Shown here: positions 56,842 to 64,000 of the stretch, piece after piece
Position numbering within the stretch: position 1 is the stretch's first letter
Layout of the letters: each line of letters opens with the position of its first letter
Assembly: GCF_000002865.3 (NCBI RefSeq)
Contig: NW_001865083.1
Coordinates: forward strand, 142,852-206,851
Source of the DNA: Monosiga brevicollis MX1
Taxonomy: Eukaryota
DNA: 64,000 nt
Reading direction: 5' to 3'
The notes under the pieces: generated by a model
Databases searched by the model: none
What the model saw: the letters and a program-made list of their open reading frames with translations, nothing else
What the model was told of the DNA's origin: nothing
Program-made: the position numbers and the translations under genes

Positions 56842-57261
56842 GGCGAGCTATTGGGCTGGATTAGGTGCCAAGCTGAGGTTGAGGTCTCCGTGTAGTGGAA
56901 AGGAGGTCAGAAAGGTGGGTCGAGCCTGTTAGCCTAGGGGAAGAGGAGGGGAAGGACGAGGACGGAGAACGGGTCGAAAAAAAAAAAAAAAGTCGGATAA
57001 GCGCTTAGGCAAGCTGTGGGCGCGGTGGAGAGGCGTGAATGCAGGCAGAGGAGGAGGGAGGAAGAGGAGGAGGGAGGAAGAGGAGGAGCAGGAGGTGGTG
57101 GAGGTGGAGAGAGGGAGAAAGAGGAGGAAGAGGAGGAAGAGGAGGAAGAGGAGGACGAGGTTGAGGTGGGTTAATGTGATGTGCAGGTCGAGCGCGATGG
57201 CCAGCGGATAGTGTAGCAAGGCGTGTGTGCGAGCGCGAAAGAGTGAGAAGTTTTGATTCAG

Positions 57262-57372
57262 TCGTGAGTCGTGAGGCGTGCGTCGCGAGGCGTGAGGCGT
57301 GAGTCGTGAGGCGTGAGGTGTGAGGCGCGAGGCGCGAGTCGTGAGGCGTGAGGCGTGAGGCGTGAGGCGTGA
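57262..57372. repeat. 7-bp minisatellite (GTGAGGC/GTGAGTC)n
   Basis: About 15 degenerate heptamers upstream of the coiled-coil gene. Confidence 0.85.
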
Positions 57373-57654
57373 GAGTATCCATCTATCTGGACGACCATCG
57401 CATCGGTGTGTGTAACGTAACGGATCCGGTGGCACTGGAGCACGAGGTCTGATTCAAACCCACCTCAACGAATGCAGCAACTGCTCACGGCTGCCCAACC
57501 CCAACCAGCTCCAACACTAGCAAACCTCTGTCGAGATCAAAGCCAGAAACGCGCCACACAGAGAAAAGCGGCAGCACAGGTCTGGCCACTGAACGGGTCG
57601 GACACTGCCGCTGCCGCCCGACCAACCGCGCTCGGAAACTAGAGAGAGAGATAG

Positions 57655-57710
<56 letters not shown>

Positions 57711-58108
57711 AGAGAGAGAGAGAGCTTGAGAGAGAGCTTGAGAGAGAGAGAGACAGAGACAGAGAGAGAGAGAGAGAGAGACAGAGCACACACAAAAAAA
57801 AAAAAAACGGTAAGCAGCAAAAACTGGTGTTTTGAACATAATCCGATAAAAGAAACAGTTCATGCTTCTAATTCAAGAGAAGATGCAGATACTATAAAGA
57901 AACCAATTTTACGACGGGTAGTATAAAGCTGAATTTGAGTAGACGCGATCCGTTAAAAAAAAGTATACGCTCGAGTTTCGATTTGCATGGTTGTCCTTTA
58001 GGGCCAGAGCCGAGCTACCTATGGGGGTGCCTGGGTCATTTGGGGAGTGTCCCGTCTCATGCAGCCTCCCAAGTCAATTGGCGCAACGGTCGCCGAGTTA
58101 TTGTGGCC

Positions 58109-58949
58109 TCAAATAGGCTGCTGGGTCGTGCCATCGCTGAGAAACTCTGTCAAAAACTCTCCTTCGGAACCCTTGTACTTGTTCGCAATGTGGGCCGCCA
58201 GATAGCCATCCCTCATGTCATTGTGGATGAACGGCACCTCGGACAGAGCCTTTGCTTCCAGCAAGAGGCCGTCCATGTTGAGATCGGCACCCAAGTTGGG
58301 CGCGGGGTCATCGTCATTGCATCGCAGGTTGATGTCGACCGGGTCGCTGCTGCTTGTGGCGTTCAGACGGACCACGCCCGGGCGCGCCGCGCTAAACTCA
58401 AAGTGGAACACACCAGAGATGTTCTTGACAGCCTTGTCCATGCTCTTGGCCACATCAACATCTCCCAATTGATCCATCGCACAGCTGAACCAGGCTTGCA
58501 GGTCGAAGATGCGGTGCTGTCCTCCACTGCGGCCATCATGTCACGCGGGGTCCAGACATCTCGTTGTTTGATGCGGCATTTGATCAAGCCAAAGTAGGCG
58601 TCGCAAATGTTCTTCGTGTGGCCAGAGACCATAAAGTGCAGCTTGATGGTGTCGTTCAAGCCCACCATGACCCGCCATGCCAAATAGGCCATGACAAACC
58701 TGTTCTTGTTCTGGTCCGTGGCCAGTCCAGGGTTCGCAGGTGGAGGCAGCTCCTGCTCATCATCGTTGTCCATGGGCCCCAGGACGGGCTCCAGGGGTTG
58801 CTCCGGAATAATGCCCAACATCTCCTCGGGATTTGCGTCGTCCAGGTCGTCCAGGTCGTGCGTGAGAAGGGGGGGCGGGGGGCGGGGGGGGCTCCGAGTC
58901 CATCACGCTGACACTTCTGTCTGACTCCTCTCACTGGAATGTCAGACAA
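58109..58949 (-). mobile_element. Degenerate DNA-transposase fragment, Sola-like
   Basis: QNKNRFVMAYLAWRV...LHFMVSGHTKNICDAYFGLIK...VWTPRDM...VRWINW, then a frameshift near 58450 into KNISGVFHFEFSAARPGVVR. The usual DNCxG before QNKN is missing. No TIRs found by eye. Confidence 0.7.
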
Positions 58950-59929
58950 AATACTGACGTCGACGATGGATCGCCGACAAATGTCAGAAATAATGAACAG
59001 TTGGGCTCGAGTTTACACGGGGGCCGTTGTACAATCCCCCTCCAATTTCAACATTCAGATAGTGTTATTATACACATACCTCTCTTATGTATAAACATCT
59101 GACATTGGTATTCTCTGACAAATGGTGCGTGCGCTGAACTGGAAGCAGAAACACACACACACACACACACACCTCTTGCCCGCCCCCACACACAGGAGTT
59201 CCTTTCCCACACGTACGTGTCCTTTTGCCACACGCATCTGTAGTTTGGTATGAGTAATAACATTAAAACTATCACACGTGTAGGTATGGCCTGTCACACA
59301 CACACCACACACACATTTTTTTTTTTTTGAACGGTAACTGCGCGCTGCTGCTCGCTGCTCGCTGCGCGCTGCTCGCTGGTGGTGCTGGTGATGCTGGTGG
59401 TAGTAGTGGTGGTGAGGGTGGCTAGGGTGCTCCTTCTACCTCTTGTTCCCTCTTCCTCCTCCCTCTTCTCTGCCTCCCACTTCCCGTCCTCCTGTTCCAC
59501 CTTCGTCTTCTGGGTGGTCCTTTTCCGTGTTCGTGTTGGCGTTGGCTGCTCCCTTCCCTCACCTCACCTCACCTCACCTTCCCTCACCTCACCTCACCCC
59601 GGTCTTTTCGTCTCTTCTGACGGATCAATTGGCGTCGTGTGTAGGGCGCGCATGCGCAGTACCAAACGGCAAATGTTCCAAGCGGACCCGAGCACCGGCG
59701 TGTAGGCCACGCGAGCCGTGCGCGCATACAACATACCATACACACAGTGGGGCGCCCCACTGGGGTCCACCGCTGACCCGGACATCCCGACAACGGCGTC
59801 CTGATCAGATTGGCAATCTCGCAACACGGACAATAATAAGAAGCAGCGCATTGCTCTACGAAGCAGCGCATTGCTATATCATTATCCTGATTGTCGTCAG
59901 CCCAGTCGTTCCTCTTAAAAACGTTGATC

Positions 59930-62900
59930 ATGTCCGGGTCATCAGCCGTTGAAGATCTGGCGCTGGCCCTCGCCGTTGCTTTTTCCATCATCATCCTAGG
60001 CTACGCCCTTCGCTTCTTCAAGGTGCTGTCCCCTCTGCATTCCCAATCCTCAAACGCCTCCAGCCCCAACGCCCGACCTTACAACCCCATCTACGTCCAC
60101 GTGCCACCTCATCCTCCCACTGCACGCTTCACACAGATTCTCACGGCCGCCCATTCCACGGGCATTGGTCGCTTCTGCACCTGGGTGGCCCTGCCTGCCT
60201 TTGTCTTCAATGCCCTCATCAACTTGGACTTTTCTGGCCTTGACCTCAACTTTTTCTACGCCTTTCTCATCGCCAAAGGTCGGCCTTTGACCCGATTCAG
60301 GGCTCAGTGGCAGACTCCTTCCCATTTCTCACCCCAGCATATTACACTGTCACTCAGGAGCCGTCGCCATCATTGTCATTGCTGCCTCCCTGCTCTTTGA
60401 TCGCAACCAACCCGCCCCCCTGGCTGCTGCTTGCATGCGAGCCGTCATGTGTACCTTTTCTAATGACTATGCCCTCGGCGTCCCCGTCATCGACGCCATC
60501 TATCCCAACCCCAAAGTATGCCCCTGCTGCTCATCCACCCCTTTCTTCTCCGCCGCCGTAGTGGCGAATGCAGTTCCAACCCTACCAGGTCTCACTTACT
60601 CTCTTGATTCCGCGTCTCACTACGCTTTTAGACGCAATCATACCTCATGCTGGTGGCCCCCGTGTCGCTCCTCATCATCAACCCGATTTGCTTTGTGCGT
60701 CTCTGCTGCTTCCATCCATCCATACATCTATCCATCCATCCATCCATCCATCCATGCGTTCATACAGACAAGCAGACAAACGGGCAGGCAGACCGAGACG
60801 AACACACAAACATACCCTCTCTCTTTTATTTCGTTGCCGCAACCCAAAACCAGTCACGCATCTCACAGGTGACACGCCGTCTGCCTTGTTTCTCATCCAA
60901 TGTCAACGCCCGCACGTCAGGTACTGATGGAAATCAGCGCCATTCGGAATGGGTTGCGAGACCCTCCGCGCAAAAGATCCCCTCGGAAAAAGAAGTCCCG
61001 AACCAGATCGAGTTCCGTCGCCGGCGAGGCCGTCGAGCTGGAGGATCGCACCCCGTCAACCGTCCTCTCCCCTGCCGACTCGGCATCTGCTCTATCATTC
61101 GCCGAAGCATCTCGTCCTCACGCCATCAGCCAAACTTCCGCCGACGTCGAACTCGATGCCAGCGGTCTACCCTCCCCCGTGCCTGTGGATGCTTACCCAC
61201 TCGACCCTGGATCTGAGCCTGAATTGGAAAGTGATGTTGAAGACAATTTAAATGACAGCGGCGAGCAGGGCCGTCCCACCTTTAGCCTGGGACGCACGAT
61301 TATCAAGGTCCTGCTTAAACCCGTCATCAGTAGCGTCATCATCGGCTTGGCCCTCAACTATAGCCTTCTGGGCTACAGCAGTGTCCCTCTCTATGTCGAC
61401 AAGGTCACAAGCAAACTCGGCATAGTATGTCCAACCTGCCCCGGTCACATCGCACCGTCTTTGCTGCAATCTTGCGGTCCGCCACCTTTTCTTCTCATCT
61501 GCACGATTTCCCACCACCCACTTCCTTTTTCTCCGTTTTCTTTTCCCCGCAGGCTTTTGGTGGGCCAGCCCTTTTAAACCTCGGCGGCAACATGCAGGGC
61601 AAACTCCGCTCCATCGGAGGCAAGGGCCTTCTCACAACCGCTCTTCTAATTTGCGCCAAGCTGTTTCTCTTGCCTATTTTGGCCGCCACCCTCCTCCAGT
61701 CTTTTCACTCGGCCTCCATCACGCAGTCCGATGGCACCGAGGTGTCCCTCTCTGTTTTCGCCTACATCATGGGTACTCTGCCCACCGCAACCGCCGTCTT
61801 CATGCTGGCCTCGGACTTTGGCATCCTCGTCCAAGAAGCTACCGCCACTGTCCTCCTATGCACCATTGCCTCAGCACCCGTCATGCTGGTCTCGACAGCC
61901 ATTGCTAGCATCTCCATTCAAGGTCCTGAAAATTATCAGGACTTGCTCGAAAGAGTTTCTGAGGACGTGGGTCTCATATCCACCCTTGGTGCCCTTTACC
62001 TTCTCATCATTCACGTGGTCGCCCCCAAGGTCAACGCGGGCCATCGCCTCCACATTCCAGCTCTAACTGTCAGCGCCATCGGCCTTGGCATCAGCCTTCA
62101 AACGTGCAAGCTCTCCACTGGCGACTTTCGCGTACGTTTGGGAAGAACTTGACGCAAAGAGAGGCAGATCAGAAAAGCAGAATGCGGTCAGAAAACAGGA
62201 AGGAAAAAAAAAAAAAAATAAAACACTTCAGCGCTGGCATCGCATATTCTTACAGCCCTTTTTGTGTCGTCTGGCGTCCTCATTTATTTTCATCTTCAGC
62301 TGCGATATGTTATTATTTGGCTCTTTGCTTCTGGTTTGCGAGCAGCCGTGCTCACCTCAACCTTGACCATGTCCCTTGGCCTCACTCTCAAAGAGCGCTA
62401 CACTCGCGGGTACGCCTACTGCTGGACCGACCCTGTTTTGCATTAGACACACCATGGTGCCCGTGGACCATTCTCGCACACCAGACTCGTCGCCTGTTGT
62501 CGGTGTGATGACCCCCGTTCCCCTGCTTTTTTCTCTTCCTTTTTCATTTTGTCTACAGGCAACAGCGAGCAGTTGCCGTTCTTGGCGTGCTCATGGCTTG
62601 CGCCATGACGGCACTAGCCTGGTGGAGAATGGAGGAACATGAATTTACTTACCAAGATGACCTGCGGGGTGCCAACTGTTGGATTATCAACCGCATGTCG
62701 CATAGCCATAACACGGCGCTCATCTTGGACATTGGTGTACAGGCCAGCGTTCTTGCCGTTCTCTCCGTTTCACTGGTTATCATGATTCGGGCCCGCAAAG
62801 CTCGACAAGAGCTTGCCCAGAGCGACCTGAGTCATGATCTCTTGGCCTACGATCGGTTGGCCTCCAACTACAGCGTGGCATCCCAGATGGTTGACTATGA

Positions 62901-64000
62901 TGACCAGGAAGCTCTCATGGCCGCGCGAGAAAAGCACGAAGACTATTTGAGCTACCGCGACTTGGTCTTTGTGGCTGTTGAGATTGTTTTTTACTTTATC
63001 GAGCTCATGACCCTGCTCTGGATTCTGGCGGGTGGTGTCGAACAAAAAGAGTTTGCACAGGTATGGCCCCGCCATCACCTTAGCTGGATAGGGTTGCAAT
63101 CTGAGGTTTGACAGTCTCATACAACCCATCCATTGTGTCAACTAGGTTCGCGTCCTGGACGTCTTTTTACTATCGGCTCAAGGTGTGTCTGCAGAAGCAA
63201 AGTACTTGCCATCAGGACGACTCGAGGCCGGGTGTCTCGCGCAGCGGCGCTGTTTTTTATGGGTTTGCCCTGACCTTTCTTTTTTGCGGGATTCGCCTTC
63301 TTGTAAATCCTTGTATTTAGGCGTCATCTTGTTTGCGGTGTTTGCCACCAAGCATCGCTATACGCTTCCGATGCGCAACCTGTTTCGCCGCATCGGACGG
63401 GCCATGGGTCTACAGAAAGAAAGCTACGGCGGCTTCAACTTTGATCGACTTGACCCCACCATCCGTCGTCGCGTCGACAAGTTTTTGGGGCTCCGCGCCG
63501 AGTTTGAGCGGGCTTATCCCCTTAAAAGCAGCATCTCCCGCAAGCTGGGCCCCTATGTACGTGGTGCACCATTTGTCAGACAGCGAATAACATCAATCCT
63601 CATCCCTTCGCCTTTTCTTTGGTCCAGATGTATTTTACAGCTGCGGATTTGATTTCGTTTTTGGTGCACACCAAATTGGCCGAGAGTCGCGATGAAGCAT
63701 TGGCGCATGCCATTGAGCTCATCCGCGTCGGCGAATTCGAGGTTGTCACCGGTCGCATCGTGCGCGACGACCCGTCGTTGCGCTGCCGCTTCTTGGACGA
63801 CGGCAACGAGGTATCCCTGCTCTGCGATGCTTGATCTCCCTATGCCTTTGCTCTTATCTGTTGGTGCCCGAGAGTTTTTTCTTTTTCTTGCTTTCTTTCT
63901 TTCTTTCTTTTTTGTTAATGAAGGTACACGCTCCTCTTGCTTGTAGGTGGAAATGACCACGCGGACCGCGACGCTGCGTGAGGCAGCCCGGTAGCAGGAT
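59930..64000 (+). CDS. GPR155: GPR155/LYCHOS (PIN-like transporter domain, GPCR-like TM region, DEP domain); runs off the window
   Basis: LAVAFSIIILGY..GIGRFCTWVALPAFVFNAL..FLIAK, CTFSNDYALGVPVIDAIY, LVAPVSLLIINPICF, AKLFLLPIL, GTLPTATAVF, and DEP FTAADLISFLVHTKLAESRDEALAHAIELIRVG. Confidence 0.92.

Noticed and set aside
57790..59140. Terminal inverted repeats and TSD for the transposase remnant
   Set aside because: Only short matches (GCTCGAGTTT at ~57969 and ~59005, in direct orientation) were seen; no convincing inverted pair.

Overview
Intron-dense eukaryotic genomic DNA with five N-gaps and many (CA)n, (GA)n and poly-T tracts. Gene content and style suggest a choanoflagellate, probably Monosiga brevicollis (inference; no search run). 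Recognisable genes: ALYREF-like, syntaxin-8, TRM1, Sec12/PREB, LGN/Pins (GPSM2), a fatty-acid-desaturase-like gene, tepsin, a long coiled-coil gene and GPR155/LYCHOS. An accessory block at about 26.9-40.7 kb holds three tandem FG-GAP propeller modules. One of them is fused to a large secreted protein with phage-tail-like and TNFR-like repeats, and one is frameshifted. The block also holds a probably myristoylated HET-like gene. A Sola-like transposase remnant lies at about 58-59 kb. The most striking feature missing from the ORF track is an array of five ~87-nt box C/D snoRNA-like units inside one syntaxin-8 intron; their antisense segments read like tRNA anticodon-arm and T-arm sequence. A repeat-encoded, sequon-rich ORF running off the left edge is also missing from the ORF track.
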